A stretch of 63,539 nucleotides of DNA, the filler included, from Vannella sp. (lineage: Eukaryota): the NCBI GenBank assembly GCA_023345925.1. It is 7 parts of 7 records of this genome, joined end to end, with 100 filler letters (N's around TTAATTAATTAA, not from the genome) between each part and the next. Parts side by side here need not be neighbours in the genome. Positions count along the whole stretch, not along the records: positions 22,776 to 42,168 come from JAJQQN010001357.1; positions 42,269 to 48,795 come from JAJQQN010001332.1; 5 more parts are not named here. One strand, 5' to 3'. The position numbers and the translations under genes were made by a program. This document shows, piece after piece, positions 35,362 through 47,119 of this stretch. The notes beneath the pieces were generated by a model. That model was given only the letters and a program-made list of their open reading frames with translations. It did not search any database and was not told the origin of the DNA. The first letter of the stretch is position 1. Each line of letters starts with the position of its first letter.

Positions 35362-37223
35362 TTACTGTTTCTTCACTTTCTTTGCAGGAACGTTCTCAAT
35401 CTCAGAAAGGTCGACGACGGCGCTGCGTCGACGCTTCTTGGGCTTAGGTTTGGGCTTCTCGTCCTCTGAGCCAGAGCCGATGAGGTCGCCCATGTCCTCT
35501 TCGTCACCGGACATTGCTTCCAATGCAGACATGTCGATTGGCTCCGTTTCTTCCTCAAACTCCAAATCGTCCGCTTCTTCTTCCACAGAGTTGAAGTCTT
35601 CGTCTTCCGACTCTTCTTCTCCTTCTCCAATCTCTGTCACAGTGGCCGTGGCCTCTTCAGGGATGCCACGCAAGTCAATGCGGTGGGACAGGAGAAGCTT
35701 CATGAGGTTCTGGAACTCATCCTTGTTGATAGAATGGAAGATGAACTGCTTCTCTGTAGTCTGCTTGCCCGGCTTCATAAAGAGGACCATATCGAATGTC
35801 CGGACAACAGTGGAATTCACATCCAACCGCTCGAAATGCACCTTTGCGATGGACTCGTACGGGATCATAGCAATAGGGTTGTAGATGAAGATGAATGCCT
35901 TGTGAAGAGGGTACAGATAGCCATCGTGGGCCTTGTGAGAGCAACGCAACGCACTCAAGTCACCATTAGTGGAGTAATTGCCCTTCTTTGTCAGCTTGAT
36001 TCCCGTGATCTCTTTGAGCACTTGCGACAGCACTTCCATAGCCTTTCCACTCATCTCAGACTGCAACTGCCCTTTGTACTTGGTGCGTTGCTCCCTGAAC
36101 AGGATAAGTCACTCCCCAAAAGGTCACTTGGAGCAACTCACTTGTTCAGATCGAGCTTGACCTCGATCTCCTCGTCTATTGGGTACTGCAAGAGGATGTG
36201 AGGATAAGTGGTGTGTCCTCGGCGCAAGGGAGGATCCAAACTGATCTATATTTGTCGGACCCCGCAATGAACACTCGCGTACACCCCGCAAAGAGGTGTG
36301 GACGTACCACGAGGATGCTGTCGTTATCATCAAGAGTGCTCAGCTGGGTAATACGGGTGATAGAGTCGTAGCTGATCGTGCTTGACTGAGTTCCCTTCAT
36401 GCGGAAGAAGTTAGGGAAGATCTCCAAGTCGTAGCGACCGCGGGGTGTCTTAACAACCACTTGGTTGAATGTAACAATCCCATTGCCCTTGGCAGACACC
36501 ACAACAGCCTTCTTCAGGACGGACTGGAGAACTCTCTGCACCTGTGTGAGCTCTCCTTCCCCATTCAGCTCTCACTTACCTCTGCAGAAGGTTCCTCTGG
36601 GTCCTCAGAAGTATTAGGGATCCACAGACGCATCTCCAACAGTGTCTCCGCCTATCCTCTTGGTGAGATCGCGAAACTCCCTTCCAGATGGCCCACGTAC
36701 CCCTTCAACAGAGGCAGCACTGTCCTGAGGGAAGTAGACAACCACCTCATTCTTCTCTCGATGAGCCTGCTCAACGCTGGGCAAGGGAAGATCAAACGCG
36801 CGCTTGCCATCAACCTCAAAGTCCATTTGGGCTCCGTTGAAGGACACTTGGCCCCAGTTCCATCCCAAAGTGGAGGGTTGGACAGCTTGGATGTCCAGGT
36901 CGAAGAAGGTCTTGGCTGCCTCCTGGATCTGAGCCAGTTCCTGGTGATGGAGTGAGCGAAAGGTCCTTTGGGACTTGTTCATGGCGTACCGTTGGTGGAA
37001 TTCCATCGAACATGTGTGCAGAGCTATCACTGACGTATACACGAAGTTGTCCTTTACCCACAGTGACGTGGACCCACTCAAAACGGTCGATATTCTCCTT
37101 GAGGATGGAAATGCTCTTGCCCTGCTTACTCTTCCACCCCATTCCGTTCTCTGTCACGCGCAGCGTACCTCCTGTTCTCTTCGAACGCCCTCCGTATCGA
37201 ACATTATTCAAGGAGAGAGCCAT
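35362..37223 (-). CDS. SSRP1: FACT complex subunit SSRP1/POB3 (no HMG box)
   Basis: Motifs GWNWG, TPRGRYD, CSHKAHDGYLYPL, FERL...RTFD; acidic then basic tail; several introns. Confidence 0.94.
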
Positions 37224-37383
37224 CGCACTCCTCTCTTCGGTGGCTAAGAAAAAATGGCGGGAAAGGGGCACTTTCCCGCCATTTTGAACCTTCATTTCCC
37301 CGGCCTCCCAGGCGGAATTAGAGGGAATTATATTATATGTTTTGCAGTGGAAGTGTTGAAGTCGCTGGGAGAGGCATTTAATC

Positions 37384-38352
37384 ATGTCCTTCCCTATCCG
37401 GTTGGGAGAGGACTCCACAGCGGGGAAGAAGAGGCGGAGGAGGAAGCGGGATGTACCAGTGAAGCGAGTGCAAGGTATTCAGATGTTTGATGATGATGAT
37501 ATTGCGGTGCCCCCTGCAGTGGATCCAAAGGAGCTGGGCATCGTTGTGAAGGAGCGGCCTCCCTCTTTTGCGCCCTCTCCGCCCCGGAAGCAGGCTGCGA
37601 GTAGTGATGACGATGCCTCACCACCAAGAAGACGAGGAAGATCGCTCTCACTTTCCCCAAGAAGGCGGTCTCCAGCACAAGACGAGGATTTGACTCCACC
37701 TCGTGCGTCCCACGATAGTGACAGCGATGTCTCACCACCACGCCGGAGAATGGACAGTGATGAGGAGGATCAGTCACCAATCCGACAGCCTAGGATGGAC
37801 AGCGACGACGAGGATGGTGATCAATCACCTCCTCGTGCTTCCGAGGGCGCAGAAGATGACGCTGGCCCTCAGATAGAGACATCCATGCTATTACAGCGTA
37901 GAGAAGGCACCGTTGAAAAGAAAGAACGACAGAAACCCCCTCCAGATCCAGAGAAGGAGCGAAAGGAGTCGGAAAGGTGGGGCAAAGGCTCCGTACAGAT
38001 GCAACGAGAGCTGGAAATGCGCATGAAGTACCTAGAAGAGATCGACAAACCATTCAGTCGTACCCAGGATGATGTAGATCGAGAGAATGACCTCGCAGGA
38101 CAGGACCGCTTCGGCGATCCGATGGCCAACTACATCAAAAGCCGTCGAAAGGCCAAGACTGGCTCCCTTGAGCCCGAGAAGCCTCGCTACAAAGGACCTC
38201 CTCCCCCTCCCAATCGATTCAACATCCCTCCAGGCTTCCGTTGGGACGGAGTCGACCGATCCAGTGGGTTCGAGAAGTTCTGGTTCCAAACTCAAGCTGC
38301 TCGCAAAGTGGCCAAGGATACAGCCTACAAGTGGTCCACAGAAGACATGTAG
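37384..38352 (+). CDS. BUD13: Pre-mRNA splicing factor BUD13/CWC26 (RES complex)
   Basis: SPPRR repeats; motifs WGKG, DPMA, PNRFNIPPGFRWDGVDRSSGFE, AYKWSTEDM. Confidence 0.96.
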   Translation: MSFPIRLGEDSTAGKKRRRRKRDVPVKRVQGIQMFDDDDIAVPPAVDPKELGIVVKERPPSFAPSPPRKQAASSDDDASPPRRRGRSLSLSPRRRSPAQDEDLTPPRASHDSDSDVSPPRRRMDSDEEDQSPIRQPRMDSDDEDGDQSPPRASEGAEDDAGPQIETSMLLQRREGTVEKKERQKPPPDPEKERKESERWGKGSVQMQRELEMRMKYLEEIDKPFSRTQDDVDRENDLAGQDRFGDPMANYIKSRRKAKTGSLEPEKPRYKGPPPPPNRFNIPPGFRWDGVDRSSGFEKFWFQTQAARKVAKDTAYKWSTEDM

Positions 38353-38487
38353 CACCTCTAAAGCCCCCATATCCTTCCCCTGAGGCCCTTCCGGGACCAT
38401 TTCTTGGTGACAGCTTGTCACTGCATGGCCTTTGGGGACACGGAAACTGGCAGTGCTCCCTCGCGGGAGCAGTTGGGGACGCAGAGT

Positions 38488-41383
38488 ATGGAGAGGTATT
38501 ATCAGGAACCCTATTCGAACCTCCAGATGCAGAGATCTGCTCCAGAACCCGCAAGAACGGCTCCTAATCTGCCCGTTACCACCATCACTTCGCTCCCTCC
38601 TCCGCTGAGCTACCCTCCCATCTCAACCTTTAAGGACAGTGACTTTGGCTCTTCTGAATCCATACAGGGGTCTGTAAAGCGGGAGCCTAACCAGGACATG
38701 CGCACTTCGTATGACTCGCGCTTCTCCCAAGGGAGTGTTCCTCCGGAACGCTCTGGTTCTCAGTCTGTTGGCTATTCAGACCAAGAAAGGAGCCACAGTT
38801 ACAGTCTCAGTGACTCAACGAGCCACTACCAGCCTCCGTTAGAGTCTCCTGCGCCAGCGGAGTACTCTGGTGGTCGAAGCGCCCCCCATGGCTACAGTGC
38901 ACAACCTACTGATGCATACGACCAAGCCTCTTCGTACCAGTCACCTGGTTTGTACTACGGACAGCCTCCAAGTTACCACCAACCGCCTTATCAGCCTCAT
39001 GGCGTCACTTATCATCCCTCCGCCCCTCAACTCACTCAAGACGTCCTCCTCACCGACGAAGGCACACGTTTGAAGCTCCTAGGTAACCTAGAAGGAGGTA
39101 AGGAAGCCTGATCTCGCGCCTGATCGACTCATTCACCCTCCCTAGCGATGCAGAAGTACATTAGCGCCTCCCAGTTCAACGCAGAGTACGCTCCTGCTTA
39201 CTACAACATCGGAGTCATGTAAGATAGCACACAGACCACTCTACCTCTTCCCAGTCGCTCACCAAAGGGACGATCTAAAGGTACTCCGAGATGGGCCGCT
39301 TCGAGGAGGCCCTAAACGGCTACCAATCCGCTCTTAAGCGGAACCCGTACTATGTAGAGGCCTATTGTAACATCGGAGTGATCTACAAGAACACTGGGAA
39401 GCTCAAATCAGCGGTATTCTACTACAAGAAGGCCCTCGTCATCAACCCCAACTTCAAGACTGCCCGGAACAACATGGCCATTGCTCTGACCGACCTGGGT
39501 ACTCAGGAGAAGGAGGAGGGACACATTCAGGAGTGCATAGAGCACTACAAGCAAGCTTTAGTCTATAACGCACTCTACGCCGACGCTTATTATAATCTGG
39601 GCGTGGTCTACGGTGAAACAGGGCAGACAGACAAGGCCATTGTGTGCTATGAGCTCGGGATTCACTTCAATCCGGTCATGTGTGAAGCCTACAACAACTT
39701 GGGAGTGATTTTTAAGGAGAACTTCAACTTGGACCGAGCTACGGACTGCTTTCGCTCCGCTTTACAGATCAATAGCCGGTTCTTCCAGACTTTGAACAAT
39801 CTGGGAGTGATATACACGTTACAGGGCCGCGTAAGTGCTTCAAACAAGTTCCAGAGGATGTTCTAATCATCCTTCCAGGTCGATTTTGCCTACCATTTCT
39901 TAAAAGGAGCTTTGGGAGCCAATCCAAGGTACCCTGAAGCCTTTAATAACCTTGGTGTCCTCTATAGAGAGGAAGGACTCTTGGCAGAAGCCATTTATTG
40001 CTTTGAAAAGAGTCTCCAAATTGCCCCAACGGCCGTCGGTCCAGCCCAGAATCGCCTTCTCGCTCTTGGGTACTCTTGTACTGACTCTCAACGGGTTTTG
40101 GATGCTCACTTAGAGTGGGCAGCGCAATATCAACATGAGCATCCCCAATATCAGTCGTAAGTGTCCTCCAGAACGCTCTTTAAGAGGATTCTAACCTTCT
40201 TTAAGATACAATTTGGATTCGAACCCGGACAAGCCACTTCGCATTGGCTATGTCTCTCCTGATTTTTGTTCCACGTCTTTTGCATACCTTATTGAGGCTA
40301 TTCTATGCAATCACCAGTTACTGGCCAAGTGCGTTATCTTCTGCTATTCAAATGTGTCTCGAGAGGATGTTGTGACTCAGCATCTCCGGGGATTATGCTC
40401 TGAATGGCGCCCTATTCATCGGTTAACAACCTCTGAAGTAGCTGAGACTATCTTCAAAGACCAAATTGATATTCTCGTTGACCTGTCAGGTCTCCGGCCT
40501 GGCAACCGTTTGGATGTCTTCGTAATGAAGCCAGCTCCCATCCAAATCACTTATTTAGGCACATCTTTGACCACTGGACTCTCAGCCATCGATTATCGGC
40601 TCACAGATGAGTACATGGACCCTATTGAGACCACTTTCGCTTCCCCAGAGAAGCTTATTCGGCTTCCTCGCTGCTCTCTGACGTACACGCCCCCCGCAAA
40701 GTTCCCAGATGTGACTGCAGGACCGGTTCTGACGAACAAATGGATCACTTTTGGCTCGTTCTGCAGTCTCTCTAAAGCAAACGTCCACGTACTCTACACA
40801 TGGGCAGCGGTACTCCGCGCTGTCCCCAACTCTCGATTGGTCATGAAGGCCAAACCTTTTTGCGCTACAACAGTGAAGAACCGATTTTATGGCTTCTTCT
40901 CACAGAATGGCATTGATCCTTCTCGCATTGACTTACTCCCTCACACCAACAGCACTTTTGACCACCTTGCAGCCTATGAATTGATCGATATTGCGTTGGA
41001 TACGTGGCCTTCCGGGGGTTTAGTGACTACCTGCGAGGCGCTCCTTATGGGTGTCCCTGTATTGACTATTAGAGGAGCAACGCACTCGCAGAACTCCACA
41101 GCGAGCATTCTGCGGCAGGTCAATCTTCAAGGATGGATTACCTCTAGCGAAGAAGAGTTTGTGCGTGTGGCAACTCACCACAGTAACGGGCTCGACCATC
41201 TGGCAGTAAGTGAAACACTCTTTCTATGAAGCAAGTGCGATGCTCACTAACTCATCCCTTCAGCGAATTCGAGAGAACCTGCGAGAAGCTCTCATGCAGT
41301 CTCCCCTGTGTGACGGAGAGAGCTTCACTGTGTCTTTGGAAGAAACTTATCGCCAACTGTGGCATCGCCACCTTGGCGTTTGA
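38488..41383 (+). CDS. SPY: SPINDLY-family TPR glycosyltransferase (GT41), with a divergent catalytic domain
   Basis: SPY-type TPRs (EAYCNIGVIYKN, YADAYYNLGV, QNRLLA); GT41 motifs LRIGYVSPDF, KPAPIQ, ITFGSF, EALLMGVP. Multi-exon. Confidence 0.9.
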
Positions 41384-41578
41384 CCTTCTGGATCACCCGA
41401 AAGGAGGAAATAAATGGAACGGCGGAACTACTACCACTCATTTCCTTCTGTTTGAGGTCTGACGAGGATTTAACCTTGTTGTACGGTTCAAGATGTGGAG
41501 ATAACATCGGATGCACATGTGAATGTCGAATGAAAGCGCCTCCATTCGGGCTCATTCAGGGCTTTTTATTCTCCAGAA

Positions 41579-41648
41579 ATGAAAGTCATCAGAACAACCA
41601 ACGCAGAAAGTCATCATCATGAAAGTCATCAAAACAACCAACGCAAAA
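41579..41648. repeat. 40-bp-period direct repeat with three GAAAGTCATCA units
   Basis: ATGAAAGTCATCARAACAACCAACGCA at 41579 and 41619. Confidence 0.85.
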
Positions 41649-41773
41649 ACGAGAACTCGGGACCACTTCCCCTTTATCTCAAATCCCGTTGGCTCCTATT
41701 CAGTTCCCGTTTCGTGCTATAAATTCAAGGAGAAGGAGAGAAGGAGCATTTCTATTCTCATCTCTCTGTCAGC

Positions 41774-42168
41774 ATGAGCTTTTACTTGGGACTTATCCCC
41801 GTTGCCGATACTTATGCTTGGGCGCAGCACCCGACTCGCCCTACTTTGAAGTTGCGCACTGGTGCAAATCCAGATGCACCGTTTCTTTCCACTGATTGTC
41901 ACCGCCATGATGTGAAGGTAGAGGAGGTCAGAGGAGAGTGGTGCAAGGTCAAGTACAAGGGCGTGAGCGGTTGGGTCCGATCCAGTTATCTCGCTCGTCC
42001 TTCTGGTTCAAGCGGAACCAGCCACTGTGGTAGCGGAGGAACCAACCTCTGTTTTACCAGGATTGCTCGGGCGAGGCATCCCACTCGCCCAACTTTGAAG
42101 TTGCGCACTAGTGCACATCCAGATGCACCATTCCTTTCCACTGATTGTCACTGCCATGACGTAAGGGT
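41774..42168 (+). CDS. Bacterial-type SH3 (SH3b/SH3_3) tandem-repeat protein, 3'-truncated
   Basis: LKLRTGAN...EVRGEWCKVKYKGVSGWVRSSYL; second copy at a 249-bp period. Confidence 0.75.
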
Positions 42169-42268
42169 NNNNNNNNNNNNNNNNNNNNNNNNNNNNNNNN
42201 NNNNNNNNNNNNTTAATTAATTAANNNNNNNNNNNNNNNNNNNNNNNNNNNNNNNNNNNNNNNNNNNN
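42169..42268. other. Artificial contig linker
   Basis: N-run with TTAATTAATTAA core. Confidence 0.99.
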
Positions 42269-42352
42269 GATCCTGCTACTAAAGCTTCTAATCTGAAGCT
42301 CTAATACACTTCTTCTTATCCTCCAGTCCTCTGCGTTCCTCAATACCCTCTA

Positions 42353-43303
42353 TTATACATTTGGAGTTGGCTTGTTATGGCGACGAAGGAGTCTTCGAAA
42401 GAGACGAGCTGGAAGGGAGAATAGACGCCGCAGGGGGCTCCCTTCGGCCCGCTTTTGTGTGATTCGGGGTGATACATCGCCCATCTGATCTCCCAAGGAG
42501 GAGCTTTGACACATGTGTGGTCCATTGAGCTCTACTTTCATGTCCTGAAGACAAGCAAAGCAAAACACAAAGTCACATTGAGAACACGTTACCGCTTCCG
42601 CATTTGGATCGCTTGTGACGGCTGCACGACAACGCGGGCAGGCTACGGCAAGCACAGAAGCGAGCTCATCTTCTTCTGGAGATACGTTAATCTTGGCAGA
42701 GGATTGAACGCGCCTCCTGCGATGAGCAACATCTGGAGAATTCTTGACGTTGTTTTGGCTGTCTGACGTCAGAACGACGAAGGACTTGGATCTTTGATTC
42801 TGTTCGTGTCGAGAGGGTGTGTTACCCACCGCCCCAAAGGTGTCAGGGTACATCTTCCTCATCTTGGCGGCTGCCATCGAACTGCTGCAGCGGATGTCTG
42901 GGCAAGGGACTAGGAGGCTATTTGGGCGTGTGACTGTTGATTCTATGATGCAAACTGCACAGTACACGTGTCTGCAGCGTGTGAAAGTGATCTGCAGCTC
43001 CTCTGGAACCTCGTTGTGACACTTGTGGCACTTAATGACCTCTATTGCAGGCTCTAGAGCTGGGTCAGAGTCCATCTCCGTACTGGCATGTATCGTACGG
43101 TCAGTTTCTTCTCTGTTATTCCCCTCAGACACGAGTGGATCCTCTTTCTCATCGATATCTGACTCGTCGAGACCCGGAAGGGTCCTTTCCTCCACAGCAC
43201 ACACCTCAGCAGTCAACTCTTCCATCGACGACTCATAACTACTTTGGTATTCAGAGTAGTTGGAGTCTGCAGTGACGCCAACAGAGGGATCGACCTCTGC
43301 CAT
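42353..43303 (-). CDS. RING + IBR protein (RBR-ligase-like)
   Basis: RING CHKC...CRHVYCAVC...CPDIRC; IBR-like CPRC...TCSQCDFVFCFAC...HMC. Confidence 0.8.
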   Translation of the reverse strand: MAEVDPSVGVTADSNYSEYQSSYESSMEELTAEVCAVEERTLPGLDESDIDEKEDPLVSEGNNREETDRTIHASTEMDSDPALEPAIEVIKCHKCHNEVPEELQITFTRCRHVYCAVCIIESTVTRPNSLLVPCPDIRCSSSMAAAKMRKMYPDTFGAVGNTPSRHEQNQRSKSFVVLTSDSQNNVKNSPDVAHRRRRVQSSAKINVSPEEDELASVLAVACPRCRAAVTSDPNAEAVTCSQCDFVFCFACLQDMKVELNGPHMCQSSSLGDQMGDVSPRITQKRAEGSPLRRLFSLPARLFRRLLRRHNKPTPNV

Positions 43304-43312
43304 GAGGCGGAA

Positions 43313-43380
43313 GGAAATGAAGGTGAAATGCGAGGGGAAATGCGATCCTGGTGGTGAAATGCAAGGTGAAATGCAAGGGA
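43313..43380. promoter_or_regulatory. Five GAAATG(C) repeats in a 110-bp divergent intergenic region
   Basis: Sequence ggaaatgaaggtgaaatgcgaggggaaatgcg...ggtgaaatgcaaggtgaaatgcaagg; regulatory role is inferred. Confidence 0.5.
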
Positions 43381-43413
43381 ACGAGGATACGTATCATTCA
43401 ATAGATCAAGGGT

Positions 43414-44876
43414 ATGGACCAACGTGGAGCTCCGTTCCCTCAGGAGCTGTTGCAAAAGTATCGTGTGGAGTGGAAGGTGGGATCAGGGACGTTCGGAGTA
43501 GTGTACAAGGCGTACAGCCGACAGAGCCAATACAAGCAAGTGGTCGCTATCAAACAGTTCAAGGCGCATAAGGGGGACCTCAGCGAGGGCGTTTCGGTGA
43601 CTGCTTGTCGTGAGATCATGGTACGAAGAACCTACAAGGTATCCGAGAGCCCTTCACTGAATAAGATGGTCCAAACCAGCTTCTGAGAGAGATAGACCAC
43701 GAGAACTGCGTCCGCGTGGTTGACTTTGTCCTTCATCCATCTCAGAGCCTCCTATTCTTGGTGTTTGACTACGCAGAGTTCGAGCTTCTGGTAGGAAATG
43801 AGACGACCAGTTGAATGCCCGCTGCAGTCTCTCACTGGGGCTCCAGGAAGTCATCGGATTCCATCGTTCTAAGAAGATGCCTATCAAAGAGAGGGCCATT
43901 CGGTCCTACATGTGGCAGATGCTCAATGGAACGCACTATCTTCATTCCAATTGGATCATCCACCGGGATTTGAAGGCAAGTCAGGCTTGCACTCGGCATC
44001 TGTGACCTCTTTTCTCACTTCCGGGTAGCCTGCTAATATCTTGGTGATGGGGGAAGGCCCTGAAGTTGGTCGTGTAAAGATCGCAGACTTTGGCCTGGCA
44101 CGGATCTTCCAGGACCCGTTAAGGCCTTTAAGTGAGAATGGGCCTGTTGTGACTATTTGGTACAGAGCGCCAGAGCTCTTGCTTCAATCAAACCATTATT
44201 CAAGGCCCATTGGTAGGTTGCCTGCGGAGCAAAAGTGACTTGGCACTCAAGAGAGGGGCGTAAGACGTGTGGGCTTTGGGTTGTATATTCGCAGAGTTAT
44301 TCCTCTGCCTTCCACTCTTTCAGGGCACCAATTCCCGCAAAGAAGATGTAAGGAGTGAAGGATACTGGATTGTCAATATCTGACTTAAGGTAATCGCCAG
44401 ATTGATTCTCAACTCTCTGCTATTGTTCAAATTCTCGGGACTCCGACTGTCGATCGATGGCCTGGTGTGGTGGACATGCCAAACTACAAGAAGATCACAG
44501 ATATTAAGCAGTTCGTAGATCCGACACTGGATAACGTGGCTCGTCTCATTTGACCTATTTAGACACTACGACAATAAGTTACATTTGAGACTGCCTGGTA
44601 TCAGTCCTGAAGCGTTTGATCTCCTTTCTCGTATGATTGAATACGACCCTGAAAAGCGCATTACCGCAGAGGTAACACACTTTTGTGAATTCCAATGAGA
44701 ATACTGAATTGAGCTTGCAGGAGGCCATGGACCATCGCTTCTTCTCAGAAGGCTCATTTTCAACAAAGTGAGGTGCTCTTTATAACAGATTTCTGTCAAC
44801 TGACCCGAATAGTGCATTTGACGAGCAGCCAGCCATTCCGTATCCGAAACGCCAAAAAGTACCTCATGACCATTAA
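43414..44876 (+). CDS. CDK8: Cyclin-dependent kinase 8 (Mediator kinase, CDKE-like)
   Basis: Motifs [78 protein letters not shown]. About 8 introns, including GC-AG 43976-44028. Confidence 0.94.
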
Positions 44877-44914
44877 ACGGACTAGTAGCGATTCAATCGA
44901 ACAAAACTAGTTTA

Positions 44915-47014
44915 TTACGACATGAGAAGCTGGAATTGGAGCTCCTGGGGCCAGGTGGAGATGGACTCATCGGGAATCCCCAACGGATGGGCCTCTGTGT
45001 TAAAGACGTATTTGTCCAACGGAATCAACTCATCTTCAGAGAAGATCAGGTACAGATACTTAAGAGTCTCTGCGAGGAAGAAGGACTGTTGATTGTCGTC
45101 ATGTTGGACGGGAACCTGGTCCACATTGTGGATTCCACTGAATCCTCCCTCGACGCGGCAATGCTTCTGGATAGCTTGGAATGCCTCCCACGCCCACTCA
45201 CGATACTTAGGGTCTTTGGTTGTTCGCCAAAGGACGAAATAGCTCTCCACAGTCTCAGGGCGGAGGATATAGTAGCGAGATCTGTCCGGAACGACAAACT
45301 CTGCACTCCCATGGAACTCAAAGGTCTCTGGTCCAATTCCAGTGGCTGTTCGCAAGTAGGACTGATGGCAGGATGAGGTAAGATCCGCACCAACAGCCTG
45401 ATGAGCAGTCTCTTTCCCCTTGACAGCTCTATTCTGCGCGCCAAGAGCGAACATTCCACCAGCAAAGCAGGTAAGATGTTCCATCTTAGTGACGAGACCA
45501 CCTCCAGCGTCTCTTTGTGCGAGATAGCGGTAGCCAGAGGGCGAAGTGAGTACCAAGTGTTTGATAGCACCGGTTGACGACTCTTCGTACATCCGACGGT
45601 AGCCGTCCGCTTCCTTCCCAGTGAACAGCCAAAGCTTGAGCATGTACTCGTAGAAGGAATCGCCCAAAGCACCAAAGCTGATGTCACGGCCAACAAATTG
45701 GCCATTCACTCGGCTCACATAAAGGGGATAGAGGCCATCTTCCTTCTGCAAGCTGTCCAGATGACGGAATACCTCCATGGGCTTACGAGAGTACTCTGGG
45801 TTGTTGGTGTGGTAGGCCAGATAAAGGAACTCGAGCTGAAGTGTTCCCATTTCGCTCAGAATGGATTTGTCATAGATCCAGCCAGGAGAGGACGCTCGGC
45901 CCGTAGCCAAGTTGATAGCAGCATGGGGGATACCAGAAGGGTCAGAGAAGCCCATCAGAAGACGCTTTCCAATGTCCTCAGCCTTGTCGAGGAACATTTT
46001 GTCTTTGCTCAGCTCATAAGCACTCAGGAGGCCTCCCAGCTCTCTGATTGTAGTCTCAAAGAGAGAGTTGTCCAAGTTCCTCTCGAAGGAGAGGTTCTGA
46101 GCGATCCAGTCTCGCGCCATCGCAAAGTCTTCCTTCAAATCCATGATCCAGAGCGTATCCAGCGAGTCTACCATCGTCACACTGTTCCCACGCGTATCAG
46201 AACAACAAGTTACACCTCTAGAGAAGCACCAACGTACGCCAGATCGAGCCAGTTGGTGTACGTCTTTGAGACAGGCTTAACATCGTCCTTGCCCCACGCG
46301 TAGTGCTTGTAAGAGGACCAAGCATGGACAAAAGCCTAAGAACGAGTTAGCAGACCATCGTACCAGCCAACCATTGCAATCAAGAGAGTTCTCACCTCCT
46401 TTACAGCTTCTCGGCGTTCATGATCGATTCCAGTGGCCTGAGAAGGCGCTTCCTTGGCAACGATAGGAGCAGTAAGAGGCTTCTTGTTGTCAGTAGGGGT
46501 CTGAAGGTGAAGAGGAACCTCCTCCTTGATAGGAACTGGCGCTTTGACCTCTGGAGCAGGTCGACGGCCCTTACGAGTAGAAAGGGCGTTTTGAACGTCC
46601 TCTAGCTTGTTACGGGTAGCCGTGATAGACTGTTGATAAGCTTCGTATGATTCCTGCTTGGCTTGGACCTCTAACGTGGCCTCGTTGAGCTGCCGAGCGA
46701 TCTGCTGGGTCTCCGTCCTCTCTGTCTCGACCAGGCGCTTCAAAGACACCAACTCAGTGAACTGTACTCCAAGGTCGTCATCTATACATCACCCCACTTC
46801 ATTCAGACACCCAGCACACGTCAGGAGAACCCAAGAAGCGCTACGAACTGTACGTTGCCTTCACCTTCATCGCGTGAGCCACTCCCAAGCAGATCAGCGT
46901 CACCAACACCACCAACACGATAAAGAAGTACCACGCATGCGCGTTATCCAAGAAGAAGCGGTTCCAGCGCCTCTGCAAGGGCCGAGGCAAACAGCCCGCC
47001 TCCCCTTTCGCCAT
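44915..47014 (-). CDS. Class I alpha-1,2-mannosidase (GH47), type II membrane protein
   Basis: N-terminal TM and coiled stem; motifs DSLDTL, FETTIRELGGLLSAY, GDSFYEY, LRPETVES, SFFLAETLKYLYL, NTEAHP. Confidence 0.95.
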
Positions 47015-47119
47015 GCAACAAAGAAGTGGCGGGCTTTCAGGCTCTCTGAGCCATTGATAAAGGGACTTATCGTGAGTATACTCAGTTTGGCATTATTTTG
47101 AGGCCCGCTCCGGCTCGCA

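Noticed and set aside
37560..37840. SPPRR/DSD repeats as a novel repeat element
   Set aside because: This is a normal low-complexity feature of BUD13.
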